Assembly: GCA_963817955.1 (NCBI GenBank)
Contig: CAWFQK010000002.1
Span: 448,001 to 512,000, forward strand
Length of the DNA stretch: 64,000 bases
DNA from: an uncultured Gemmatimonadaceae bacterium
GTDB taxonomy: Bacteria > Gemmatimonadota > Gemmatimonadetes > Gemmatimonadales > Gemmatimonadaceae
Reading direction: 5' to 3'
Position numbers and translations under genes: made by a program
Shown here: positions 47,370 to 57,073 of the stretch, one piece after another
Layout: the number at the start of each line of letters is the position of its first letter
Numbering within the stretch: the first letter of the stretch is position 1
Notes under the pieces: generated by a model
Told to the model about the DNA's origin: nothing
Database searches by the model: none
What the model saw: the letters and a program-made list of their open reading frames with translations, nothing else

Positions 47370-48500
47370 TCATTTCATACTAGGAAACGAAAGACTATGG
47401 TAAGCGCGTACGGCCGGCGGACAGAAGTCGCAACGGCGCGCCAGCACGCGGAACTGGCTCAGCGTGACGTCGGGTGAGAGAAACCCGGGCTTCACTGGCT
47501 CGACGCGCATCAGATCGGTGCTGAAGTACTTCTGGTTGGAGTCGGCAAACACTGTCGCCACGATCGCGCCGGCGCCAAGCCGTTGCTGTGCCTCGATGGC
47601 GCCGAGGAAGTTGGCGCCGGACGAGATGCCGACGGCCAGGCCCAGCGAACTGGCCAGCGCTTGCGCCATGAGGATCGCGTCGCCGTCATCCACCGCCAGC
47701 ACGTCGTCGAGAAACGCAAAGTCCACGATGGCGGGCACGAACTCGTCAGAGATCCCTTGTATACGGTGTTTGCCCACTTTGTGGCCAGTGGACATGGTGG
47801 GAGAATTGGCCGGCTCGAGCGGAAAGACCTTTGCGTCGGCACGTTGCGCCCTCAGGTAGCGTCCCACTCCCATCACCGTCCCGCCGGTTCCGACGCCGGC
47901 CACGAATGCATCGGGGCCGTTCATGGCGACCGTACAGAGTTGGGCGACTATCTCGGGGCCCGTCGTCAACTCGTGCGCCTCTGGGTTGAAGGTGTTGCTG
48001 AACTGGCGCGGCAGGAACGACCCAGGCGTCCGCGCGCCGAGCGACTCGGCTCGTTCTATGGAACCAAGGAAGCCGCCTTCTGCTTTCGAGACGAGCTGGA
48101 TATCGGCCCCGAGCGAGCGGATGAGGTTGATGCGCTCACTGGACATCCAGTCGGGCATGAAGATCGTCACCGGATTGCCCAACGCACGCCCCAGCGCGGC
48201 GAAAGAAATACCGGTGTTGCCACTGGTCGCCTCGATAATGCGTCCGCCAGGCACGAGCGCCCCGCATTCATAGGCGCGCCGCAGAATGTGAAGCGCCATG
48301 CGGTCCTTGACGCTTCCCGTGAGGTTCATCGATTCCAGCTTCGCGTACACCGTGCGAGGTTCACCGCGAAAGGTGAAGTCGATTGCGGCTAACGGCGAGT
48401 TGCCGACCAGGGCGGTCAGCGACTCGATGCGGTTGAGGGCCGCCGTCGATTCGGCGTCCAGGAGCACAGGCAGGGGCGCGGCTTCAGATGGCGTAGACAT
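47370..48500 (-). CDS. cysK: PLP-dependent cysteine synthase family protein
   Basis: [42 protein letters not shown]. Confidence 0.85.
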   Translation of the reverse strand: MSTPSEAAPLPVLLDAESTAALNRIESLTALVGNSPLAAIDFTFRGEPRTVYAKLESMNLTGSVKDRMALHILRRAYECGALVPGGRIIEATSGNTGISFAALGRALGNPVTIFMPDWMSSERINLIRSLGADIQLVSKAEGGFLGSIERAESLGARTPGSFLPRQFSNTFNPEAHELTTGPEIVAQLCTVAMNGPDAFVAGVGTGGTVMGVGRYLRAQRADAKVFPLEPANSPTMSTGHKVGKHRIQGISDEFVPAIVDFAFLDDVLAVDDGDAILMAQALASSLGLAVGISSGANFLGAIEAQQRLGAGAIVATVFADSNQKYFSTDLMRVEPVKPGFLSPDVTLSQFRVLARRCDFCPPAVRAYHSLSFPSMK

Positions 48501-48771
48501 GGCGTGAAATCTATGGAATGGTCAGCGCACGTAGAGCTCGGCGCTCCCAAAGGGCTTGGAAGGGTTATGTTCGGTCCAAGTTATTCGGTTGCCTTGGTTT
48601 GCGCACCGTGGATGTCGCGCGTCCAGGCGCGACGCCATTGCACATGGCGTAACCCACGTCGGAGTAAGGGGGCTGTAGCATCCGCCAAGTCGTCGTATAA
48701 TGTCGAGCGGCGGGGGAAGGCGAACGGAGTCTCCGCACGAAGACCTTGGCTGTCAACCGAGGTGGTAGACA

Positions 48772-49548
48772 ATGGCATGCCGACATATAGCCTCTATCGC
48801 ACTCATCGCGGCTGCGTGGCAAGCCATGCCGGTAATGGCACAGTCGACGACGCTCGTGGTGAGCGTCGCCGATGCCCATTCCGGTAAACCGCTGATGGGC
48901 GCTCAAGTCCGCCTGCCAACGCTTGGCCGACTCGCGCGTGCAGACTGGCTCGGCGAAACGCGCATCTCCGCCGTGCCGCGCGGACGCTACGAAATCGTAG
49001 TGAGAGCGCTGGGATATGCGCCCTCTGACATCATGCTCGATGTGGCCGGCGATAGCGTGGGCGCCGTGTTCATGCTCGAACCCGTTGCGACTGGATTGGA
49101 TACGGTTCGCGTGTTCGCACCGGTCGTCTCGCAACGCCTGGAACCGTTCGAGATGCGACGCCGGATGGGCATCGGGCGCTTTCTTGCCGAGTCAGCCCTT
49201 GTGAAGGAAGGGACGCGCAGTCTCGCAAACGTTCTCGTAACTCACTTGCCGGGATTGCGACTCGTACCCGACGACCCGGCGTCGTTCATGACGGTCAAGT
49301 CCAGTGGTACGAGCGGCAATATATGGGACTTCGACAACACGGCCCTGGGAACCTGTAAGGTGGATATCTACCTGGACGGCGTTCCGCTCATTGATCACTT
49401 GGAGTCGGTGTTCCCGGCTGACCTGGCGGGTGTCGAACTGTACAACATGTCGTCGGCGCCGGCTCAGTATCGTCAGGCCGCGGGGATTGGCTCACCGGGC
49501 GGCCGATACGCCTCGTGCAAAGTGCTACTACTCTGGACCAAGTTCTAG
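48772..49548 (+). CDS. Exported carboxypeptidase-regulatory-like domain protein with plug-like tail
   Basis: Signal peptide; GKPL.GA.V, RALGY, FE.RRR.G.GRF, YLDG, GVELY, C.VLLLWTK. Confidence 0.75.
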   Translation: MACRHIASIALIAAAWQAMPVMAQSTTLVVSVADAHSGKPLMGAQVRLPTLGRLARADWLGETRISAVPRGRYEIVVRALGYAPSDIMLDVAGDSVGAVFMLEPVATGLDTVRVFAPVVSQRLEPFEMRRRMGIGRFLAESALVKEGTRSLANVLVTHLPGLRLVPDDPASFMTVKSSGTSGNIWDFDNTALGTCKVDIYLDGVPLIDHLESVFPADLAGVELYNMSSAPAQYRQAAGIGSPGGRYASCKVLLLWTKF

Positions 49549-49877
49549 CAGAAGCCGCGACTACCCTGCACGATTGATGAGAAAAGAGAACTGGAAAAGG
49601 GGACTACAAAGAGAACTGCAAGCGTACGGAAGAGGGAGGCGCGTATCGGTGGAATGAATCGTGATTGCCGAGTCCACAATCATTCCGCCTATATCGTTGA
49701 TGATCCCGACCTGGGCGATAGCGTCGGAGCGTCACGACGGCATCAGCCAAGACTTCCAGGCGAAACAATCCTTCACGGTCCTCTGCCGTTCTCTGCGTTC
49801 TCTTGCAGTGCTCTGCGACCTCTGCGTTCAAAAGTTGTTGGGCCGCTGTGCGGTAAAACGCCGTTCTGCCGGTCGCA

Positions 49878-49906
49878 GAGATCCTTCGCTTCGCTCAGGA
49901 TGACAG
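49878..49906 (-). repeat. REP-like dispersed element CTGTCATCCTGAGCGAAGCGAAGGATCTC
   Basis: The same core CTGTCATCCTGAGCGAAG recurs at 63972-63989 on the opposite strand; intergenic between convergent genes. Confidence 0.7.
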
Positions 49907-49958
49907 GGTTTCGTTCACGACGACTGGCTTCCCGTGTCCCGTTTCCCGTATCCCCGAA

Positions 49959-50165
49959 TCAGCGCGATCGCCGGCGCTCCAGGATCAGCCCGTACACATT
50001 GACCGGGATCGCGCAACAACAGGCTATCCACAGTTTGAACCACGTCCCCTGTACGCCTACCAGGGTCATCAAGCCGAACATCGCAAGCGTGGTCAGGATC
50101 GCGACTGATATGAACTTTACAATGAGGACGACTGAGGCTTGGCGTGTGTCGACTTCAGCGTCCAT
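49959..50165 (-). CDS. Small 2-TM hypothetical protein
   Basis: AAGGA RBS then MDAEVDTRQ..., two hydrophobic segments, basic tail. Confidence 0.55.
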   Translation of the reverse strand: MDAEVDTRQASVVLIVKFISVAILTTLAMFGLMTLVGVQGTWFKLWIACCCAIPVNVYGLILERRRSR

Positions 50166-50260
50166 ATCCTTGTTCGGTGGAAGTCCAAATCGATCGGATC
50201 GACGTAACCATTGATCGCGCGGCCGGGCGACAGGTCGTCGCCCGGACCGGCCCCCTCGGC

Positions 50261-51160
50261 TTACAGGTTCGCTCCACGACCCGTCACCGCCCGCAGCGAG
50301 TTCCACCGGGCGTTCACATTCTCCTGCACCTGCTGGATATCCGCATCGCTCATGTGGCGGAAGCGACCCTGCCGGCGCAGATAGCTCTCGACGGGCACAC
50401 CCTCGTGCTCCACCGTGAACCGCCACGTACCGGACTCCACTTCGAGCAACGGGAACACGCGTGTCTGCACGGCTAGGCGCGCGAGATCGATGCTGTCCTC
50501 GTCGGGGAACTTCCAGCCTGGGGGACAGGGCGCCAGAATGTGCAGAAAGCGCGTGCCCTGTATGGCCTTTGCCTTGCGCACTTTCTCCAGGAGATCGACC
50601 GGGTACGCCATCGATGCCGTGGCCGCGTACGGAATGCCGTGCGCCGCCATGATGGCGAGGATGTCTTTCTTGTTGGTGGCCTGCGGCTGCGACGTCGGCG
50701 TCGTGGTGGTCCACGCGCCCCACGGCGTAGCCGAGGACCGCTGGATGCCCGTGTTCATGTACGCTTCGTTGTCGTAGCAGACGTACAGGAAATTCTCATT
50801 ACGCTCGGCAGCGCCCGACAGCGCCTGCAATCCAATGTCGAAGGTGCCGCCGTCGCCCGCCCAGACCATGACGGTGGTCTCCGTCTCGCCGCGCATGTCG
50901 AGCGCTGCACGAACGCCAGACGCCACGGCCGCACCAGTCTCGAAGGCCGTGTGGTAGAGCGGCACGCGCAGTGACGACTGCGGAAACGGACCGGCAATGA
51001 TGCTCCAGCAACACGCCGGGAGCACGACGATCGTCTTGTCCCCGAGCTCCTTCAAGACCATGCGCATGGCCAGCGCGCCGCCGCACCCCGGACAGGCCAG
51101 ATGTCCGGACGTCATCAGCTCCCGCCCGGCAACGCGATCCTTGATGAGAACCTGGCTCAT
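50261..51160 (-). CDS. porB: 2-oxoacid:acceptor oxidoreductase beta subunit (TPP-binding)
   Basis: GHLACPGCG, GDGGTFDIG, YDNEAYMNTGIQRS, PCPPGW. Confidence 0.93.
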   Translation of the reverse strand: MSQVLIKDRVAGRELMTSGHLACPGCGGALAMRMVLKELGDKTIVVLPACCWSIIAGPFPQSSLRVPLYHTAFETGAAVASGVRAALDMRGETETTVMVWAGDGGTFDIGLQALSGAAERNENFLYVCYDNEAYMNTGIQRSSATPWGAWTTTTPTSQPQATNKKDILAIMAAHGIPYAATASMAYPVDLLEKVRKAKAIQGTRFLHILAPCPPGWKFPDEDSIDLARLAVQTRVFPLLEVESGTWRFTVEHEGVPVESYLRRQGRFRHMSDADIQQVQENVNARWNSLRAVTGRGANL

Positions 51161-52317
51161 GCTTTCACTCCCACCCAGAGGTCGGCGCGTTCCGGCGCAT
51201 CGGCGGCGCCGGTGCGCTCGAGGATCTGCTCGATGGTCTCGGGGGTCACATCGCGACCTCCCAAGCCGAGGACGTACCCGTAGACCTGCGGGCGGTTTTC
51301 CGAAGGCACATTGCACAGGGCCGCGCGAAGTTCCTGCGCGAAAATACCGCCCACTCCCGGCGAGAGATTCCGGTCCAGCACCGCGACGCGTTCGGCGCCA
51401 CTGAGTGCGGCGCACAGCTCGGCGCCTGGAAAGGGACGGAACGCTTTCACCTTGACCAGCCCCACCGATTCGCCGCGATCTCGCGCGGCGTCGACTACAT
51501 CGCGGGCCGTTGACGTGATCGTGCCCGACGTCACGAGAATGAGCTTCGCGTCGCTCGCGCGATAGGACTCGATGGCACCATAGCGCCGGCCGAATACCGC
51601 ATGGAACTCGTCCTCGACGCGCTTGAATTCCGCCAACGAGTTCAGCATGGCGTCCTGCAAGTGCCAGCGCATCTCGAGGAAGTCGTCCGGCCGCACCAGC
51701 GCACCAAAGGCGCGCGGCTCGTTCACGTCCAGGCGATAACGCGGCTGCCGCGGAGGCAAGAAGCGGTCGACCATGTCCGCGCTGGGAATGTCGACCGGCT
51801 CGGACGTGTGCGACAGATAGAATGCGTCGAGCAGGACCATCACCGGCAGCTCAACGAGCTCCGCCAGCCGGAACGCCATCAGCGTGGTGTCGAGCACTTC
51901 CTGGTTCGTCTCGCAGTAGAGCTGAATCCACCCGGTGTCCCGCTGCGACAAGCTGTCGGTCTGGTCCGCCCAGATGTTCCAGCCAGGCCCGAGGGAACGA
52001 TTGACGTTCGCCATCACGATCGGATGGCGCGCCGCCGCCGCCCAGTGCAGCATCTCGTGCATGAGCGCCAGACCCTGCGACGACGACGCGGTGAACGCAC
52101 GTGCTCCGGCTGCCGATGCGCCGACGCAGGCCGCCATGGCGGAGTGCTCCGACTCCACCTTGATGAACCGCGCTTTCAATGCACCGCTGGCGCACATCTC
52201 GGAGAGTTCCTCCACGATCTGCGTCTGCGGCGTGATGGGATAGGCCGAGATCACCTCGGTGCGCGCCAACTGCACCGCCCAGGAGACCGCGTGGTTGCCG
52301 ATGATGACTTTTCTCAT
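51157..52317 (-). CDS. porA: 2-oxoacid:acceptor oxidoreductase alpha subunit
   Basis: AYPITPQT, VESEHSA, SSQGL, NVNR, FRPFP, GLGGRD. Confidence 0.93.
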   Translation of the reverse strand: MRKVIIGNHAVSWAVQLARTEVISAYPITPQTQIVEELSEMCASGALKARFIKVESEHSAMAACVGASAAGARAFTASSSQGLALMHEMLHWAAAARHPIVMANVNRSLGPGWNIWADQTDSLSQRDTGWIQLYCETNQEVLDTTLMAFRLAELVELPVMVLLDAFYLSHTSEPVDIPSADMVDRFLPPRQPRYRLDVNEPRAFGALVRPDDFLEMRWHLQDAMLNSLAEFKRVEDEFHAVFGRRYGAIESYRASDAKLILVTSGTITSTARDVVDAARDRGESVGLVKVKAFRPFPGAELCAALSGAERVAVLDRNLSPGVGGIFAQELRAALCNVPSENRPQVYGYVLGLGGRDVTPETIEQILERTGAADAPERADLWVGVKA

Positions 52318-52673
52318 ACTCCGCCCTCTCTCACCATCGTGATGGCGCCGCGGGGACACTCCTGCACGCACACGCCGCAGCCCTTGCAGTAATCGAGATT
52401 GATGTCGAATCGTTGTCCGTTGCCGCCGCGCGTGATGGCGACATCGGAGCAGTAGATCATGCACAGCTCGCATTCGGTGCAGACGCCGCATTGCAGACAG
52501 CGGCCGGCTTCCATCAGCGCGTCATCCGACGCCAAACCGAGATTCACTTCCGCGAATTGGTCGGCGCGGCTGCTCATGGCCGTTGCCATGTGGCCGTCCG
52601 CATGGCGCGGGACGCGTGCGAAATCGCTGAGGTTCAACTCCTCGAACGGCACGACCGTGTTCCGTGGCGACAC
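52314..52673 (-). CDS. C-terminal 2x[4Fe-4S] (delta-subunit-like) part of the frameshifted flavoprotein
   Basis: EAGRCLQCGVCTECELCMIYC and DYCKGCGVCVQECPRGAI; joins the upstream ORF if one base is added at 52677-52679. Confidence 0.8.
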   Translation of the reverse strand: MSPRNTVVPFEELNLSDFARVPRHADGHMATAMSSRADQFAEVNLGLASDDALMEAGRCLQCGVCTECELCMIYCSDVAITRGGNGQRFDINLDYCKGCGVCVQECPRGAITMVREGGV

Positions 52674-54073
52674 ACGTTTACGGGATCGTCACCGCGCCAC
52701 CGGGTGATGCTTGGCACACCACGCTCGCCAGCACGCAAGGTCTCGACGGCGACGTCGTTCGACTCACCGCGACTCTGGCTGAAGTAGCGATCGATGCCGA
52801 TCGCGGCCCGCTTTCCCGCGCCCAGGGCACGGGCGACGGTCCGCTGTTCACCCGTCACATCACCGCCGCTGAAGACCGCGGTGTCACCGGTCGCGCCCCA
52901 CGCGTCTGTCCTGAGCGACCCATCTTCACCGAGCACCAGCGGGAATCCGTCGAGGGCGACGTCTTCGCCGATCGCCAGCAGCACCGTGTCCGCAGCCATC
53001 CGCTTGGGCTTTTCGCCTGTGGGCACCGGGCGCCGTCGTCCGCTTGCATCTGGTTCGCCCAACTCCATTGGCGTACAGACCACCGACAGGCGGCCGTTCT
53101 TCATCTCGAATGCCGACGGTGCCGCCAGGAAGATGAACTTCACACCCTCATGCATGGCGTCGGCCACTTCATCGGCGATCGCCGGCATTTCTTCGCGGGT
53201 GCGGCGATACAGAACCACTACAGTGGTTCCCTTTCCGCCGAGCCGCAGCGCTGTGCGCGCACAATCCATTGCCGTGTTGCCGCCGCCAATGACGACGACC
53301 TGGCTCCCGGTGGCCGGAGTTTCTCCGTTGTTGGCGGCGCGCAGGAAATCGAGTCCCTGTCGCACACCAGCCAACTGCTCACCAGGAACGCCCATCTTGC
53401 GGCCGCGCTGCGCTCCGACGCCCACGAACACCGCATCATGCGATGCCGCGAGCGTGGGCCACGTGGGCCACGTGCCGACCTCCGCGTTACAATGGAATGA
53501 AACGCCGAGGGATTCGAGTCGCTCGATCTCACGATCCAACACTTCGCGAGGAAGACGATACGTGGGGATTCCCTGCCGCAGCATGCCGCCCGGCTGAGCG
53601 CCATGCTCGAACACGTCGACGCCGTAGCCAAGGCGCACCAGATGATAGGCGCATGCCAGTCCTGCCGGGCCACTTCCTACGACTGCGACGTTCTCGGAAT
53701 GGCTCCGTTCGGCGCGAGCCGGCAGCGGCGCCGCCAGGATGCGGTCGCCGAGCATGCGCTCGACGGAATGGATCGCGACAGCGCCGTCGTAGCTGCTGCG
53801 ATTGCAGCGGCTCTCGCACGGGTGATCGCAGACGCGGCCGGTGACGGCGGGAATCGGATGCTCGCGGAGGAGCAGGTCACAGGCGTCGTCTATCCGGCCG
53901 TCACGCAGCAGCGACATGTAGCCTTCAATGTCGACGCCCACCGGGCACCCTTCCACGCAGGGCGCCACGCGATCGTGATACTCGGGGTGGAGGTACTTCC
54001 AGGAACCGGTGTGATTGACCTCGGTCGTCCGGTCACTCACCGACATGGGCGGAGTGTTCGGCCGCTCAGACAT
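52634..54073 (-). CDS. GltD/SudA-like FAD/NAD(P)-binding Fe-S oxidoreductase (N-terminal part)
   Basis: PC...CP, GRVCDHPCE..C, VVGSGPAG, GIP.YRLP, IGGGNTAMD, YRR....MPA, GGD. Confidence 0.9.
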   Translation of the reverse strand: MSERPNTPPMSVSDRTTEVNHTGSWKYLHPEYHDRVAPCVEGCPVGVDIEGYMSLLRDGRIDDACDLLLREHPIPAVTGRVCDHPCESRCNRSSYDGAVAIHSVERMLGDRILAAPLPARAERSHSENVAVVGSGPAGLACAYHLVRLGYGVDVFEHGAQPGGMLRQGIPTYRLPREVLDREIERLESLGVSFHCNAEVGTWPTWPTLAASHDAVFVGVGAQRGRKMGVPGEQLAGVRQGLDFLRAANNGETPATGSQVVVIGGGNTAMDCARTALRLGGKGTTVVVLYRRTREEMPAIADEVADAMHEGVKFIFLAAPSAFEMKNGRLSVVCTPMELGEPDASGRRRPVPTGEKPKRMAADTVLLAIGEDVALDGFPLVLGEDGSLRTDAWGATGDTAVFSGGDVTGEQRTVARALGAGKRAAIGIDRYFSQSRGESNDVAVETLRAGERGVPSITRWRGDDPVNVCRHGTRSCRSRS

Positions 54074-54644
54074 GCAGCACCTCTCGATTGCCGGCAATTC
54101 GCACCGACTCCGCCGCAGCGCGCGCAGCGCGCACGTTCGCCTCGCGGTAGAGCGGCACTTCATCCATGATGGCGTCGCAGACCGCATCCAGATCCACGAG
54201 ATCGGCCAATCCCGCGACTGCGCCGAGAATGGCGGTGTTCACGATCGGCTGCGTGCGCGAGCCGAGGCCGTGACTGGCCGCGATCGCGTTGGCGTCCACG
54301 GTCGCAACGCGAAACCGCTCCAGGAGTTTGCCATATGTCTCCGGAGCGGCGGGCGAGTTGATGAGGATCCGGCCACCAGGCTTGAGGCCGGCCGTCACGT
54401 CGATCACGAGCATGAGCGTTGGATCGAGTACGACCACCTCGTCGGGGCGTGTCACCTCGCAGCGTACCCGAATGGGGTTGCTCGAGGCGCGCAGGAAAGC
54501 GGCGACAGGCGCGCCTCGGCGTTCGACGCCGAATGCGGGGAAGGATTGGACCCAAAGACCTTTGCGGAACAGCGCGGCAGCCAGCACTTTCGAGGCGATG
54601 ACAGCCCCCTGGCCGCCGCGCCCGTGAAAGCGCAGCTCATGCAT
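54066..54644 (-). CDS. porC: 2-oxoacid:acceptor oxidoreductase gamma subunit
   Basis: ELRFHGRGGQG, FGVERRGAPV, NTAILGA. Confidence 0.93.
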   Translation of the reverse strand: MHELRFHGRGGQGAVIASKVLAAALFRKGLWVQSFPAFGVERRGAPVAAFLRASSNPIRVRCEVTRPDEVVVLDPTLMLVIDVTAGLKPGGRILINSPAAPETYGKLLERFRVATVDANAIAASHGLGSRTQPIVNTAILGAVAGLADLVDLDAVCDAIMDEVPLYREANVRAARAAAESVRIAGNREVLHV

Positions 54645-55040
54645 GAGATTCTCCCCGGTTTGTCGGGCAATCAGGCGTCATCGGTACCAAGGCACGGGAG
54701 CAATGCTCACAATCGCAGTCAGGGTCGGGACATGGGACCCCGTCCCCCTGCGACTCAGCGCAACGCGCGCCGAAGGAGTTCGGTTCGCGCTTGGCGAGCA
54801 GCCGGCATAGGCGCTCGCCGTTGTCTGGGAGCAGCATTGCTTCCCCCCGTGGAACGAGTGGATGCTACAGTATTATTCGGTGATTCGGGTGTTCGTCAGG
54901 TGAGTCAATGGCACGGAATAGCAGACTATACCAATGTGGCTGCTAGCGGCCAACCAGGGAATCCCCGACGGGCGGTAATCAGGCGTGCGAATCTCGATGC
55001 GTCCCAATCGTTCGACTCGCCGACACGCTGGAATCACCAT

Positions 55041-56987
55041 CTAAGACACCTCGGCAAGCGGCCGCGAGCCGACGCCAGCGCGCCCAACGGGCCGGCCAGT
55101 GAGTCGTGTCATCGCCCGGTAGACTGCGTCGCGTAACGCTTTCTCGCGCGGGTCTTCCTCCAGATAGAAGTCCATCTTGTTCATCACGTAGGCATAGCCC
55201 AGGCATGCGTCGGGATCGGCGAATGCGAACGAACCGCCCGCGCCGGGTGCGCCGAAGGCGCGTGAGCTCGACCCGAATACGACACCAGGCCCCGGGCGCA
55301 GGAATCCGAGCGAGAAGTAGCTCGGCACACCCAGCACCAAGTCTTTGGGACGCGTAGCCGGGAGCGGACCGGTGACACGGGCGAAAGTCACGGGTGTGAT
55401 ACCGAACTCGCCGCCGCCTTCGGCAAATGCGGAATACGCGCGCGCGATCGCACGCGCGGTGCCAACGCCGTTGCCCCCGGGCAGCTCCACCTCGAATGAC
55501 CGCCGGTCGTTCATGTCCAGGTCCGGCAGGAGCATCGACCGGCGAAGCAGCGAACCAGGCTGCAGCATCTTCGTCGTCACCCGGACACCAGGGGTCGTGA
55601 ACAACGCCTGCAGCGCACGCCGCCTGGACAGGGTCACGAGGGTCGCGATACGGTCGTCGGGAATCCCGCGCGACAGTCCGATATAGAACTCCAGGCCCAG
55701 GGGAACGGCGATCTCCTCGTGAAAGAAGCGACCGATGCTCCGATGCGCGGGATCCACTCGGCGTATAATTTCTTGCATATACAAACCGAGTGTCATCGTG
55801 TGATAGCCGTGACGCGTGCCTGGCGGCCACGCCGGCTTCTGCCGCGCCAGCACGCGGGCCACGCTGTCGAGGTCGCGCAACTTCTCGAGCGTCAGCTTCT
55901 CATCGAGCAGAACCAGCCCGGCCTCGTGCCCGAGGAGTTGGCGAATGGTGATCGCGTCTTTGCCATTCTGTGCGAACTCGGGCCAGTAGCGCGCGACCGG
56001 CGCATCGTAGTCCAGCCAGTTGCGCGCGTTTGCCAACGCCAGCGTCATCGCCGCGAGGCCCTTGGTGGTGGACATGACGGCAACCATCGTGTCCTCCTTC
56101 CACAGGGCGTCACCTGCAGGCGTGCGTCGGCCACCCCACAGATCGACCACCTTTTCGCCGTGCCAGTATGCAGCGACGGCCGCGCCGATCTCGCCTCGTT
56201 CGGCAAAATTGCGCTCGAACTCGGCGCGTACCTCCTCGAAACCGGGAGCGACGAGTCCTTCTATGTGAAGAGGCGCCGCCACCAGCACGGCACCGCCGGC
56301 GCCTCGGTGCAACGGACGCCGCAGGAGCGCCATGGCCAAGACCGACGCCCAGGCCAGGGATGCGTAAATGCTGATGCGCTCGAGAATCCCCAATCCCGGC
56401 GTTGGCTGGCCTGCGGCCAGTCGAGCGCGGTACGGGGCGACGATCGCACCGAACACGATCATGATCACGAGTGTGCCGAACGAATAGAGACGGAATCGCT
56501 TACCGAGTGCGACTCCCCCGAATCCAATCGCGAGCAGCGTGAGCAACACGAGCACCATCGTGAGAATGATGTGCGGCGCATCGCTATCAAGGCTGCCACT
56601 CCCGCGCTGATGCATCTCGTACAGCGTGGGACCCGCGAAGCCGAGCGCTGCGTACGCGATCAGCAGCGCTCCGGTGGTTTCCAAGGCGCGACTGCGACTC
56701 GCTCCCTCGCGAAACACGCCCACACCAAAGGCCAACGCGAGCGCACCATATAGGATGAACAGCGGATCGACAAAGCCCTCCGACGGAGCGCCGATCGCCA
56801 TCAGTTCGCTGATGGCCTGTGAGGTGAAGCTGTACCCCTCATATCGCATTCCCCCGAGCACGTCAGTCGCGACGTACACCAGCGCAGCGAGCAGGCCGCA
56901 GACGAGCAGGGCTCTGCGCACCATGCTTCCCTGGCCCTGCTGGATGTCCGGCTGGACCTGATCGTGTCGGATCGCGATTGTCGACAT
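55041..56987 (-). CDS. DUF998-like membrane domain fused to a serine hydrolase (class C beta-lactamase/family VIII esterase-like)
   Basis: N-terminal Y....QAISEL.A.GAP...GILER multi-TM domain; C-terminal VDLWGG, STTK, LLGHEAG, GYH, FGAPGAGGS, ADP. Confidence 0.85.
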   Translation of the reverse strand: MSTIAIRHDQVQPDIQQGQGSMVRRALLVCGLLAALVYVATDVLGGMRYEGYSFTSQAISELMAIGAPSEGFVDPLFILYGALALAFGVGVFREGASRSRALETTGALLIAYAALGFAGPTLYEMHQRGSGSLDSDAPHIILTMVLVLLTLLAIGFGGVALGKRFRLYSFGTLVIMIVFGAIVAPYRARLAAGQPTPGLGILERISIYASLAWASVLAMALLRRPLHRGAGGAVLVAAPLHIEGLVAPGFEEVRAEFERNFAERGEIGAAVAAYWHGEKVVDLWGGRRTPAGDALWKEDTMVAVMSTTKGLAAMTLALANARNWLDYDAPVARYWPEFAQNGKDAITIRQLLGHEAGLVLLDEKLTLEKLRDLDSVARVLARQKPAWPPGTRHGYHTMTLGLYMQEIIRRVDPAHRSIGRFFHEEIAVPLGLEFYIGLSRGIPDDRIATLVTLSRRRALQALFTTPGVRVTTKMLQPGSLLRRSMLLPDLDMNDRRSFEVELPGGNGVGTARAIARAYSAFAEGGGEFGITPVTFARVTGPLPATRPKDLVLGVPSYFSLGFLRPGPGVVFGSSSRAFGAPGAGGSFAFADPDACLGYAYVMNKMDFYLEEDPREKALRDAVYRAMTRLTGRPVGRAGVGSRPLAEVS

Positions 56988-57073
56988 CACGCCTCCCAGT
57001 GCCGATCGCGCTCATCGCGCGAGCTGGCATCAAGATCGTCGGCGTGCACCTACCGGTGGTCGGGAGAAGGCAG

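Noticed and set aside
49604..49903. Small ORFs in the repeat-rich spacer
   Set aside because: No recognisable motifs or RBS; they run through the repeats
54909..54923. Sigma54-like TGGCAC...GC site
   Set aside because: GG-to-GC spacing is 9 rather than 10 nt, and it points away from the oxidoreductase operon
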